IMG/VR virus record: IMGVR_UViG_3300037067_018977 | Strand: one strand, 5' to 3' | DNA: 20,000 bases | DNA from: an uncultured virus (IMG/VR IMGVR_UViG_3300037067_018977) | Taxonomy: Duplodnaviria > Heunggongvirae > Uroviricota > Caudoviricetes | In this document: piece by piece, positions 8,295-16,078 of the stretch | How positions within the stretch are numbered: the stretch's first letter is position 1 | Layout of the letters: every line of letters starts with the position of its first letter | The notes under the pieces: generated by a model | Told to the model about the DNA's origin: nothing | Databases searched by the model: none | The model's input: the letters and a program-made list of their open reading frames with translations, nothing else | Program-made: the position numbers and the translations under genes

Positions 8295-8304
8295 CATCCT
8301 GGGC
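8268..8304 (+). promoter_or_regulatory. sigma70-like promoter, probably leaderless
   Basis: TTGACG (8268-8273), 18 nt, TAGCAT (8292-8297), 7 nt, ATG 8305; no SD. Confidence 0.6.
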
Positions 8305-8724
8305 ATGGCAATCGTTGCTGGGTCCATCGTCGCTCTTCGGAACATCGGTCCGCAGTACGCTTCCGGCGTGCAGGCCCAGCCGCCAGGATTTGGGGTAGTG
8401 CAGACGCTGGGCACTCCGCCCGCGATCGACGTCATCTGGCCGGACGGTCATGTCGAGGCAGACATGGATCTCGGTCAGCTCGACGAGATCTTGTCCGCGG
8501 ATGCGGCGTCGGTCACCGGGTTCCAGGGTCGCTTCGTGCGCCACACGCGCGCACCCTCCCCGAACTCGGACAGTCCCGGCTTCGATGGCTACGTGGTCCA
8601 GCTCTACAAGCGCCAGATCGGCGGCACCGGCGCGGCGACCAGCGACCTCGCGCTGATCCGCACGCAGACCGGCTTCTGGATCGAGGTCCCCGTCGGCGAG
8701 CTGGAAGTCGTTCCGGGCAACTGA
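8305..8724 (+). CDS. hypothetical beta-rich protein (possibly two SH3/KOW-like barrels)
   Basis: 139 aa; GSIVAL..GVVQ..VIWPDG and GRFVRH..GYVVQ..IEVPVGELEVV; fold is inference. Confidence 0.7.
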   Translation: MAIVAGSIVALRNIGPQYASGVQAQPPGFGVVQTLGTPPAIDVIWPDGHVEADMDLGQLDEILSADAASVTGFQGRFVRHTRAPSPNSDSPGFDGYVVQLYKRQIGGTGAATSDLALIRTQTGFWIEVPVGELEVVPGN

Positions 8725-8993
8725 TGGCGGCGGGAGCGACTCCCCTCGAACTCGCCACGCTCCGCTCCTACGCCCTGGCGGTGCGCCAAGCTGCGCGCCA
8801 CGCGGACCGCGCGCACGCCGAGAAGACGCTCATCCGGGCGCAGCATTTGATGCAGCTCCTGCGCAAGGACCGGCCCAGCCACTGGCGGCCGCTCCGGATG
8901 GCCACCGCGGCCTCCGCGCTCGCGCTGGATGAGCCCGACAAGGCGCTTCGGGCCGTCGACCGGCTGCTTTCTGAGCTGCCCCACCCTGCGTAA
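8724..8993 (+). CDS. helical hypothetical protein
   Basis: 89 aa, TGATG coupling. Confidence 0.65.
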   Translation: MAAGATPLELATLRSYALAVRQAARHADRAHAEKTLIRAQHLMQLLRKDRPSHWRPLRMATAASALALDEPDKALRAVDRLLSELPHPA

Positions 8994-9052
8994 CACCCGG
9001 CTGCGTCACGGGTGACACGGTTACGCCCCGAGTGACACCCCTCGCCCGTGCA

Positions 9053-9080
9053 CCCCTGAACATCCCCACCCAGGGGTTTC
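9053..9080 (+). terminator. possible weak intrinsic terminator
   Basis: CCCCTG (9053-9058) / CAGGGG (9071-9076) stem followed by TTTC. Confidence 0.3.
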
Positions 9081-9086
9081 GAGGAC

Positions 9087-9123
9087 TTGACGCGCCCCGG
9101 CAGCAGTGGCAGCATTGCTGTCA
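9087..9123 (+). promoter_or_regulatory. sigma70-like promoter with overlapping 17-bp palindromic operator
   Basis: TTGACG (9087-9092), 17 nt, TGn-extended CAGCAT (9110-9115); palindrome TGGCAGCATTGCTGTCA at 9107-9123. Confidence 0.7.
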
Positions 9124-9154
9124 GACTGGCACGCAGGGTGCATTGTGGAGAAGC

Positions 9155-9428
9155 ATGGCAACCGTGAGCTTTGGTAGGTTCAGTGGGAGCGGCGAATTCG
9201 CGAGCGCCCCCGTTTTCAAGGACGGCGTCCAGGTTGGTACCATTCATCGCATCAAGAGCGATGAATTCGTGACCGAGAGTAGTCGCGCCCGAAAGTGGGT
9301 CGTCTCGGAGTACGAGGTCGCGCTTGAAGTGGACGAGGACACCAAGGTGGTTCATGGTGACGCGCGCCATCTGCGCAACCGGTGCGTTGAAGCAAGCGGC
9401 AGATTACTGCCGAGAGAGGCTGGCGTGA
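9155..9428 (+). pseudogene. hypothetical protein with an apparent +1 frameshift near 9345 (otherwise fused in frame to the next gene)
   Basis: SD GGAG then ATG 9155; after DEDTK the +1 frame (WFMVTRAICATGALKQAADYCRERLA*) has better codon usage and ends in a GTGA overlap at 9425-9428. Confidence 0.5.
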
Positions 9429-9430
9429 GC

Positions 9431-9631
9431 ATGAACAAGCAACCCTTCTACCACCAGGTCTCCGTGCTGTTCACGGGCACGGAAGACCTGTCCGAGAAGA
9501 TTAACTCGCGGGAGTTCCAGGAAAAGCTGGCGAACTTCCTGAAGCGCAACCTGGGCCCCGTGCTCAAGGACTCGGTGGAGCTGGATGGCCCCGCCACCGC
9601 CGAGCCCGGTGACCCGTCCGATCTGATGTGA
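9431..9631 (+). CDS. hypothetical protein
   Basis: own SD-like GAGAGAGG, start GTG 9425 or ATG 9431; MNKQPFYHQVSV..; high GC3. Confidence 0.6.
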   Translation: MNKQPFYHQVSVLFTGTEDLSEKINSREFQEKLANFLKRNLGPVLKDSVELDGPATAEPGDPSDLM

Positions 9632-9849
9632 GCAAGAACATGACCTGGCATACCGAAGACTGTGGTGACAGCTTCCGCTGTAACGGCAAGTGTCACGAAG
9701 TGCACCTCGACTGCAGCAACTGCGGAAGCTGTTGGGACGGTGAGGATACCGAGGAGCCTCCGGACGTCTGCGAGGAGTGCGGAGAGCCCTGGAGCGATGG
9801 CGACGAAAGCGAAAACAACTACCGGGAGGACTTCCATGCCGACGGGTGA
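9628..9849 (+). CDS. small acidic Cys-rich (Zn-ribbon) protein
   Basis: CSNCG and CEECG plus extra Cys/His; GTGA overlap. Confidence 0.7.
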   Translation: MSKNMTWHTEDCGDSFRCNGKCHEVHLDCSNCGSCWDGEDTEEPPDVCEECGEPWSDGDESENNYREDFHADG

Positions 9850-10105
9850 CAAGAACCAGGTGGTGACGAACCTGAAACAAGAGATCCTGGAGGCGATGTG
9901 GTCTGGCGACGTCGAGAAGTGTGACCAGCTGGCGCCGTGTGTCTGCTGCTGCGACGAGCACACCTTCGAGAGCTGCCCAGCGCGTCTTTGGTACGGATGC
10001 AGGGGCCAGGGCGCGATGACATCGGCGGAAGAGAAGTCGTGGCTGGAGCACTACCGCAAGAACCACGGCATGACCGAAGCGCAATTCTACGGAGTGGAGG
10101 CGTGA
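9836..10105 (+). CDS. Cys-rich hypothetical protein
   Basis: SD GGAGG; PCVCCCDEHT..CPAR..GCRG. Confidence 0.7.
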   Translation: MPTGDKNQVVTNLKQEILEAMWSGDVEKCDQLAPCVCCCDEHTFESCPARLWYGCRGQGAMTSAEEKSWLEHYRKNHGMTEAQFYGVEA

Positions 10106-10106
10106 A

Positions 10107-10286
10107 GTGGCTCAGACGGAGCGTGTGATCGAAGGCTGCAACGGTACCGGCGTTTGCGCGCGCTGCCAGGGGCACGGCGCGCACCAGCGGGAGACGTTCG
10201 AGGACGCGGAGTGTGAGGTCTGCGACGGCACGGGGGACTGCCCGTGCGTCCACAACATGCGCGCTCACGCGCCGCCGGTGGCGTGA
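10107..10286 (+). CDS. DnaJ-type CxxCxGxG zinc-finger microprotein (59 aa, not in ORF track)
   Basis: GGAGG then GTG 10107; MAQTERVIEGCNGTGVCARCQGHG..CEVCDGTGDCPC..; TGATG coupling to the next gene. Confidence 0.75.
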   Translation: MAQTERVIEGCNGTGVCARCQGHGAHQRETFEDAECEVCDGTGDCPCVHNMRAHAPPVA

Positions 10287-10633
10287 TGGCCCACGATCGC
10301 TTTGTCTACTGGCGGAAAGAGCGCCCTACGCGGGAGCAGCTCCAGATGGTGCTGGAAGACTACGTGCTCCGGCTCGGAGTCGTGGAGTGGGAAACCGACC
10401 GGTTTTTCGTGACGCTTCCCGGGAAGTGCCGTCACCCGCTGACACGGGTCACCGAAGCCCGCGCCGTGGAGGCCATGAACGAGGGCCCCCGGGAGCGCTG
10501 GTTCGAGGTGTACGTGGGCGAGGATCACATCGACGTGATCACGCGCCTCATGGACCAGGTGACCGAGGACATCGCCCGAGGCTTCGCGGTGGTGGTGGCG
10601 CGATTCTGGGACGGCAAGCTGGAGGGTATCTGA
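10286..10633 (+). CDS. hypothetical protein
   Basis: 115 aa, MAHDRFVYWR..; coupled, high GC3. Confidence 0.75.
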   Translation: MAHDRFVYWRKERPTREQLQMVLEDYVLRLGVVEWETDRFFVTLPGKCRHPLTRVTEARAVEAMNEGPRERWFEVYVGEDHIDVITRLMDQVTEDIARGFAVVVARFWDGKLEGI

Positions 10634-10843
10634 ATGTACGCGACCCGAGCCCTGGTGGTGGCCCCGTTGGAGATCTTGCGGGAGGTGGACACTCATCCCG
10701 AGTGCGGCTCGGTCGTGCTCGAAGTGGTGACCCCGCACAGCCGGCGCACCTGGCGGGCGGTGAGGCGCACCGAGCTGGCGCACCACGTGGACACGTGGTT
10801 GAAGGACAACGGCCTGAACATTCTCAGCGAGGTGACATCGTGA
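10634..10843 (+). CDS. hypothetical protein
   Basis: 69 aa; SD GGAGG; abuts upstream stop. Confidence 0.65.
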   Translation: MYATRALVVAPLEILREVDTHPECGSVVLEVVTPHSRRTWRAVRRTELAHHVDTWLKDNGLNILSEVTS

Positions 10844-11232
10844 GCAAGACAGACGCGGAAAACCAGAGCATTGCGGAAGTCATGGCCGGCATCGCAGACA
10901 CCGTGGGTCTCACCTACGCGCGGGCGGAGCGCGATGAAGCAACGCCGGTGGAGGAATTGGCAACGTACAAGGAGATCGTCGTGGTTCTGCACTTCGCGGA
11001 GTCTGGCTTCGGCTTCGGGGAGGTGACGATCGTGCAGACGCCCGCGGGTCTGTTCATGGATGGGGAGTACATGGACGACGATCGGATCAAGAAGTACCTG
11101 TGCAAGCTCGTGGACAACTCTGTGCGAGAATACGACAAGGACCCGGAGCGCCACGCGCTCTACAATCGCGAGATGGGGCGATCGTGCGGCGAAGGCTGCA
11201 AGGTCTGTTACCCGGCAGGAGGTGGCCAATGA
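10840..11232 (+). CDS. hypothetical protein
   Basis: GTGA overlap; 130 aa, C-terminal CGEGCKVC. Confidence 0.7.
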   Translation: MSKTDAENQSIAEVMAGIADTVGLTYARAERDEATPVEELATYKEIVVVLHFAESGFGFGEVTIVQTPAGLFMDGEYMDDDRIKKYLCKLVDNSVREYDKDPERHALYNREMGRSCGEGCKVCYPAGGGQ

Positions 11233-11969
11233 CACGGTGGACACGGTGGCAGTCAGCGTTCTACTGGTTCCTGGTGCTGGTTCTGACCGGTTGCAGCAGC
11301 GAATCGATCAACACCGCGGTGGGCGTTGGTGGCCAAGCGGGGGCTGCAGGGAGTAGCACCGGCGGCATCGCGGGCGCTGGTGGAGCGCTCACGGGCGGCG
11401 CTGGTGGAGCGCTCGGCGGGAGCGCCGGCTCGGATGCCGCGGCGGATGGTGGAGGGTCGGGCGGAACGGGCGGCACAGTGACGCCGGCCTGCGCGCCGAG
11501 CGAAGCGATCACCAAGGCGGCGCTCAGCCAGGTGAGCTGGATCTGGCAGAGCTACAGCGACCAGAAGCTCGGCACCAACCAGTGCATCGCCTGCAAGGGC
11601 ACGCCCTGTGCGACGGGCTGCACGCTGCAGCCGGTGCTGATCTCGTGGGACAAGCCGGCGGCGGGCTGGGTGGCTGCTCAGGGAGACGCGAGCTGTGCGG
11701 ACGCGCTGATCCGAGTGGGGAGCTGCGGCAGCGAGATCGAGTGCCAGCTGGGCGTGAAATCCGGAACGGCGAGCTTCGCGGCGCTGCCCGAGCCGACGGC
11801 CACGGGCTGGAAGCTCACCGGGGTGAAGATGTACGGCGCGGGCTACGTGAACTCGGCGACGTTCAGTGGCGCGTGCGGCTCGGGGTGGATCGACGTCAAT
11901 GCGCTCGGTGCCGCCGTGGGGGTCGCGCTTCCTACCGCTTTCGAAGGAGCCGAGTTCCCATGTCCGTAA
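11229..11969 (+). CDS. lipoprotein with Gly-rich linker and Cys-rich domain
   Basis: signal peptide II (FYWFLVLVLTG-C), GAGG linker, 10 Cys in the C-terminal domain. Confidence 0.8.
   Translation: MTRWTRWQSAFYWFLVLVLTGCSSESINTAVGVGGQAGAAGSSTGGIAGAGGALTGGAGGALGGSAGSDAAADGGGSGGTGGTVTPACAPSEAITKAALSQVSWIWQSYSDQKLGTNQCIACKGTPCATGCTLQPVLISWDKPAAGWVAAQGDASCADALIRVGSCGSEIECQLGVKSGTASFAALPEPTATGWKLTGVKMYGAGYVNSATFSGACGSGWIDVNALGAAVGVALPTAFEGAEFPCP
11373..11414 (+). repeat. 18-bp direct repeat (two copies) in the Gly-rich linker
   Basis: GGCGCTGGTGGAGCGCTC at 11373-11390 and 11397-11414. Confidence 0.85.
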
Positions 11970-11971
11970 AC

Positions 11972-12007
11972 TTGCAGCCGGCGACGGGAAGCGGGTACAA
12001 CCGAGGC
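11972..12007 (+). promoter_or_regulatory. possible leaderless promoter
   Basis: TTGCAG, 18 nt, TACAAC, 6 nt, ATG 12008; imperfect -10. Confidence 0.3.
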
Positions 12008-12880
12008 ATGGCTCAACCGAGCTGGGAAGATCTCGAATCCACCATCGTGGCGACCATCACCGAAGAGGATGGGGTAGACACCGACGTAGAACTGCACCCC
12101 GGCGCGCTGCTCGTCGGGTGGCAGCACTACGGGGAGACGCAGCTCGCGCTTCCGGGGATCCAGCCGGGCCGGCGCTTCAGCACGATCGCGGTGGTGAGCG
12201 ACGACGATCCTCCCGAGAAGGTCGACCCGGAGCTGGGCATCGACGCGGCGATCGACTACGCGACCCAGCACTACCCGAGCCTGCAGGGACAGCCCGTGCT
12301 CGCGTACGTGGCGAGCGACGAATCAGGTATCCGGAGCGCGCTCGAAGCCGCGGCGCAGGACATGGCCAACCAGAGCTTCGTGGAGGGGCTGAGCACGCCG
12401 GGCGACGAGCTGATCGACGCACTGACCGAGGAAGGCTACGACCCGGAGAGCGTGGTGGTGATCGCGAGCAGCGGAGCGGCCGTCGCCGTGAACGGTGATC
12501 TCCACGTGGACTCGCACTGGGAGCAGAAGCTGGGCCTGGTCGACAAGTTCAAGCCGTACCCAGAACTTTGGACCGACGATTACTATCGACGGGATCATTT
12601 TCCGAGGACAGCACTGGCCTATTTGCAGGAGTGGCTGGTGAACGAAGGCTTCACGCGCCGGACCGATCTCGGAGGCGAGTGGCCGGGCGGAGCGGAGCAG
12701 GAGATCGACAAGGACTTCCTGGTCGAACACGCCGCGAGCGCGAGCCGCATTCCCGAGGCCGAGGTGCGGGAGCTGGCGGACGCTTGGAAGGGCCAGCAGG
12801 TCTACTGGACGGCCGAGTCCGGGGACACGACGGTGTGGGCGCAGAAGAAGCGCCGGCCGAAGAAGGCGCGCAAGCGCTGA
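12008..12880 (+). CDS. acidic hypothetical protein with basic C-terminal tail
   Basis: 290 aa, D/E-rich, ends QKKRRPKKARKR. Confidence 0.75.
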   Translation: MAQPSWEDLESTIVATITEEDGVDTDVELHPGALLVGWQHYGETQLALPGIQPGRRFSTIAVVSDDDPPEKVDPELGIDAAIDYATQHYPSLQGQPVLAYVASDESGIRSALEAAAQDMANQSFVEGLSTPGDELIDALTEEGYDPESVVVIASSGAAVAVNGDLHVDSHWEQKLGLVDKFKPYPELWTDDYYRRDHFPRTALAYLQEWLVNEGFTRRTDLGGEWPGGAEQEIDKDFLVEHAASASRIPEAEVRELADAWKGQQVYWTAESGDTTVWAQKKRRPKKARKR

Positions 12881-13311
12881 TGCTGGACGCCACCCGCCTG
12901 GCCTCGGGCCTCTACCAGGGCTCGGCTCCCCGCTCCGCGCAGGCGGTGCTTGCGGCCGGCTTCGGCACGCTGGTGCTCACCGCGCACGAGGTGCAGCCGC
13001 CGGAGCACGTTTTGATGGGACTGGAAGCCCTGCGGTGCCCCCTGGCAGACGATCCTACGCGCCCGCTCACCGAGGCCGAGTGGCGAGCTGTGAAGAGCTG
13101 TGCGGAGGCCGTGGCGCGGCGCGTACGCGCCCGCCAGCGCGTCTTGGTGACCTGTGCCCAGGGCCGCAACCGCTCGGGCCTGGTGAGCGCGCTCAGCCTG
13201 GTGCTTCTCGGCTGGCGCCCTGCTGACGCGGTGCGGCACATTCAACGGACCCGGTCGTTCGCGCTGACCAATCCGCGGTTCGTGGAAGCTATCCTGGGAC
13301 GCTGCCGGTAG
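12880..13311 (+). CDS. dual-specificity / protein-tyrosine phosphatase
   Basis: LYQGSAP, PLADD acid loop, VLVTCAQGRNRSG (CX5R), LTNPRF. Confidence 0.9.
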   Translation: MLDATRLASGLYQGSAPRSAQAVLAAGFGTLVLTAHEVQPPEHVLMGLEALRCPLADDPTRPLTEAEWRAVKSCAEAVARRVRARQRVLVTCAQGRNRSGLVSALSLVLLGWRPADAVRHIQRTRSFALTNPRFVEAILGRCR

Positions 13312-13425
13312 ACTCGGGGGCCAGACCCGACCCGAGGGCCATGGTGCGCGGGGAGATCCCGCGACGCCGCGTTGTAGACAGGGGCCATGAAACAGCCGAC
13401 TCGGGTCGGGTCGGTTTCATAGGCC
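13311..13425. terminator. hairpin-rich spacer between convergent gene arrays
   Basis: GGCCATGAAAC..GTTTCATAGGCC stem (13383-13425) and 13-bp perfect inverted repeat 13324-13336 / 13400-13412. Confidence 0.5.
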
Positions 13426-13560
13426 TAGTCGGTGAAACAGGTGGAGCGTCGAATGCTGCAGCATCACCCCGCCGAGCGCCAAGAGGGCGCGCAGCTGGCG
13501 GATTTGCTCTCTGCGCTCCCGCCGGGTGCGGTAGCGCCGCCTCCTGCGGTGCCGACTCAT
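13417..13560 (-). CDS. Arg-rich microprotein (47 aa)
   Basis: MSRHRRRRRYRTRRERREQIRQLR..; ATGA-coupled to the upstream gene. Confidence 0.5.
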   Translation of the reverse strand: MSRHRRRRRYRTRRERREQIRQLRALLALGGVMLQHSTLHLFHRLGL

Positions 13561-13988
13561 AGCTTGACCAGTGTACCGTCGCAAAGCCGACGCAGGTAAG
13601 GCGTCCCTTCCCAGCTCAGGAACTCCGCCGCGTGCGGGTGCTTCCAGTACGGCGCGCTGCACGTCAAGCAGATCGACTCCCCTGACGCGCGCACGAAGTG
13701 GCCAGGATACTTGCGACCGCCGAGCAGGCGAGGCTCCGAAAACGAGCTGTCGGTAGGACGATGCGGCAGGCCACCTAGGCGTTCGAGCAGGAGAGTGATC
13801 TCGCCCGCGAAGTCGGATCCCGAGTGCGGGCCGTACCAGAGATGGGTGAGCACCAGGCGCGCTGCTGCCCGGGCGGAGACGTCGGGACGATCGAGGAGCA
13901 CTGCAAGCTTCTCCCGGCGTGCGTCGCCAAATCCGCCGAGCGCGATCAAGGTGTCCACGATTACATCGGGATCGTCAGGATCGATCAT
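13557..13988 (-). CDS. hypothetical protein with C-terminal CxxC-H-C motif
   Basis: 143 aa; ICLTCSAPYWKHP..LCDGTLVKL; ATGA coupling. Confidence 0.7.
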   Translation of the reverse strand: MIDPDDPDVIVDTLIALGGFGDARREKLAVLLDRPDVSARAAARLVLTHLWYGPHSGSDFAGEITLLLERLGGLPHRPTDSSFSEPRLLGGRKYPGHFVRASGESICLTCSAPYWKHPHAAEFLSWEGTPYLRRLCDGTLVKL

Positions 13989-14524
13989 CGGTACGGACCG
14001 TCCTTGCCCGTGGAGCCCCGCGGCTCCGTGTGGCCGGAGAGCACGTTGTTCGCGCGATGGCGGTAGAGCAGCTCGGTGGAGATCTGAATCACCTTGAGCG
14101 CGCGGTGAAAGCGTGGCCCGCAGCCACCCACGATGATGCGCGCGCCTTGGTAGGCGCCGAGATCGTAGTTCGAGGGTCCGGGACGGAGAAAGTCTTGCTT
14201 GCTCCAAAGCTCTTCGAGGCAGTGCGGATCCTCTTCGTTGCCGGTGTCCGGCACGTGTTTGCCTCGAAGCAACGTCGAGCCCGGCGGCCAAAGCACGAGC
14301 GCGTGGCCACCCGGAAGCCGCGCGAACTGCCGGTGGTCGGAGGAGAGATTAGCGAGCGCGCGCTGGCGGCGAAAGCGCTCCATATACTTGGCGAAGATGC
14401 GGACCAGCAGATCGTAGATCCCTTCGTCCGTCGGTTTCCAATCGCCCCCCGCAAGAATGGCGGAGAGCGCTTCCTCACGGAGCGGCGGAAAGAACTGGAG
14501 CCGCGCGAACTCGTCGGGGTTCAT
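13985..14524 (-). CDS. hypothetical protein
   Basis: 179 aa, MNPDEFARLQ..; ATGA coupling. Confidence 0.7.
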   Translation of the reverse strand: MNPDEFARLQFFPPLREEALSAILAGGDWKPTDEGIYDLLVRIFAKYMERFRRQRALANLSSDHRQFARLPGGHALVLWPPGSTLLRGKHVPDTGNEEDPHCLEELWSKQDFLRPGPSNYDLGAYQGARIIVGGCGPRFHRALKVIQISTELLYRHRANNVLSGHTEPRGSTGKDGPYR

Positions 14525-14883
14525 GGTGGGTCCACCTTGCCTTGGAGCACACGGAGAGAGCGTAGCTCGGTGAGATGTACCCGAAGGCGCTCGCCGAGTT
14601 GCAGCATGTCGTCCTTGCAGCTCTCCGTGCGCTCCGGCTCGTGTACGAACACCCAAAAGCCGCGGTGCTCGATGGGATCGTTTAGCAAGATCGGATGGTC
14701 CAACACCAGCGAGACGCCCTGCACGCGGTGGTCCTGATCCACGGCTTCCAGCAGGAAGCCCAAGGCGCGGGCCGCGTCCGAAGCGTTGCCCAGCATCTCG
14801 GCGGCGGCGATCCGGATCCCGTAGGACTCGGATCCGTTCCGGAGCCGGCGCCGCCGCCGGAACCAGACCTCCGCGCTCTTCAC
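14521..14883 (-). CDS. hypothetical protein
   Basis: 120 aa, GTG start in GTGA overlap. Confidence 0.6.
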   Translation of the reverse strand: MKSAEVWFRRRRRLRNGSESYGIRIAAAEMLGNASDAARALGFLLEAVDQDHRVQGVSLVLDHPILLNDPIEHRGFWVFVHEPERTESCKDDMLQLGERLRVHLTELRSLRVLQGKVDPP

Positions 14884-15614
14884 CGTGGACACAAATCCTC
14901 CCACTTTGCCCAGTGCTGAGTCGGCAACTCGCCCTCGAAATTTTCGAGCAGGTCGCAAATTTCCTGAGCGTCGCAAGGATAATCCAGCTTGCTGCTGCGG
15001 ATGCGCTCAGCGTCCTGCGCGGTGCTCACCAGGAGTCCGTCTTCGAGGCTGTGGGCCTCCACGAGCCACGGCGCGCTCTCAGAGACCCGAAACAGCAACA
15101 AGAGCACGCAGCGATGCGTCTGGATTCGCCGTCCACTGACGTAGTGTTCATCAGAGAACACGAGCAGCCAGGGACCTCGAAAGGCTGCGTCATTGCCCCC
15201 GGCCCACACAGGCTTGGGCATCGCACTCTGACTAAGAAGCGCGCTCGCCCGGTTCACGAGGGCGTCGTGGGCCTCGATCGACCAGTCGGGATCGGGAAAG
15301 ATCGGGAGCCGCTTCATGGACTCATCCTGATCCCCGGAGAAGGTTCCCTTCGGGGTGTCCCACGCTGGATCTCCAGGAGCGACGATCTTCTCCTCGCAAT
15401 TGATCCCCAACAAGTACTCAAGCTTACCGAGCCCAGCGCTCTCCGCGACCTCGTTGAACATCCCGGGCTCATCGTTGAACCGTTCTGCCAAGCCTCGATG
15501 CGGAACGGTTTCGGTGGCAAAGCCTGGAAACGGCAGATTTCTCTTCGCGCGGGTGAAGACGTTCTCGATCGCCGGAGTGAGATCCGCGTGCCAGATGAAC
15601 TCGGCGAGCTTCAT
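14880..15614 (-). CDS. hypothetical protein
   Basis: 244 aa, ATGA coupling. Confidence 0.75.
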   Translation of the reverse strand: MKLAEFIWHADLTPAIENVFTRAKRNLPFPGFATETVPHRGLAERFNDEPGMFNEVAESAGLGKLEYLLGINCEEKIVAPGDPAWDTPKGTFSGDQDESMKRLPIFPDPDWSIEAHDALVNRASALLSQSAMPKPVWAGGNDAAFRGPWLLVFSDEHYVSGRRIQTHRCVLLLLFRVSESAPWLVEAHSLEDGLLVSTAQDAERIRSSKLDYPCDAQEICDLLENFEGELPTQHWAKWEDLCPR

Positions 15615-16078
15615 GGCTCGGACTCGGGCTTCGCTGCCATGGCTTCGACGCCCAGCTCGCGCCCGGCGGCAGCAAGCTCGGCGCGGGCTGCGGCGAGGAT
15701 GCCGTGCTTGAGCGCTTCACTTTCCTCCCAAGTGAGCATGTTCTTCTTGTCTCTCATCACGTAGATCATTCGCTCTGCTACGGCGTCTGCCAATTCATCC
15801 CTACGCGGCTTTGAGAGGATTGTGTCCAGGTCTTCCTTAAAGACCTCAGCAACGAGCTTTTCAGCAATGTTGAGGCCACCGAGAGTGTGCTGTTGAAGGT
15901 AGGTGATGCACCAGCTGAGCAGCGACTTCGCGAACTCCTCCCTCAGCTCCGGGCCCGCGCTTTCCCAGGCCCTGGTGATCGCAGCTGCCAGCGTCTGCTG
16001 CGCCAGAATGTTCGCGATGTAGCTCGTCTGGGCCTCGGGGCCGAGCTGCGGAACGTTTGAATCCCAAGGGAGCGTCAT
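15611..16078 (-). CDS. helical hypothetical protein
   Basis: 155 aa, TGATG coupling. Confidence 0.7.
   Translation of the reverse strand: MTLPWDSNVPQLGPEAQTSYIANILAQQTLAAAITRAWESAGPELREEFAKSLLSWCITYLQQHTLGGLNIAEKLVAEVFKEDLDTILSKPRRDELADAVAERMIYVMRDKKNMLTWEESEALKHGILAAARAELAAAGRELGVEAMAAKPESEP

Noticed and set aside
9666..9683. TGACAGC-TTCC-GCTGTAA as another operator copy
   Set aside because: Spacing is off by one, it lies inside a CDS, and there is no promoter context.
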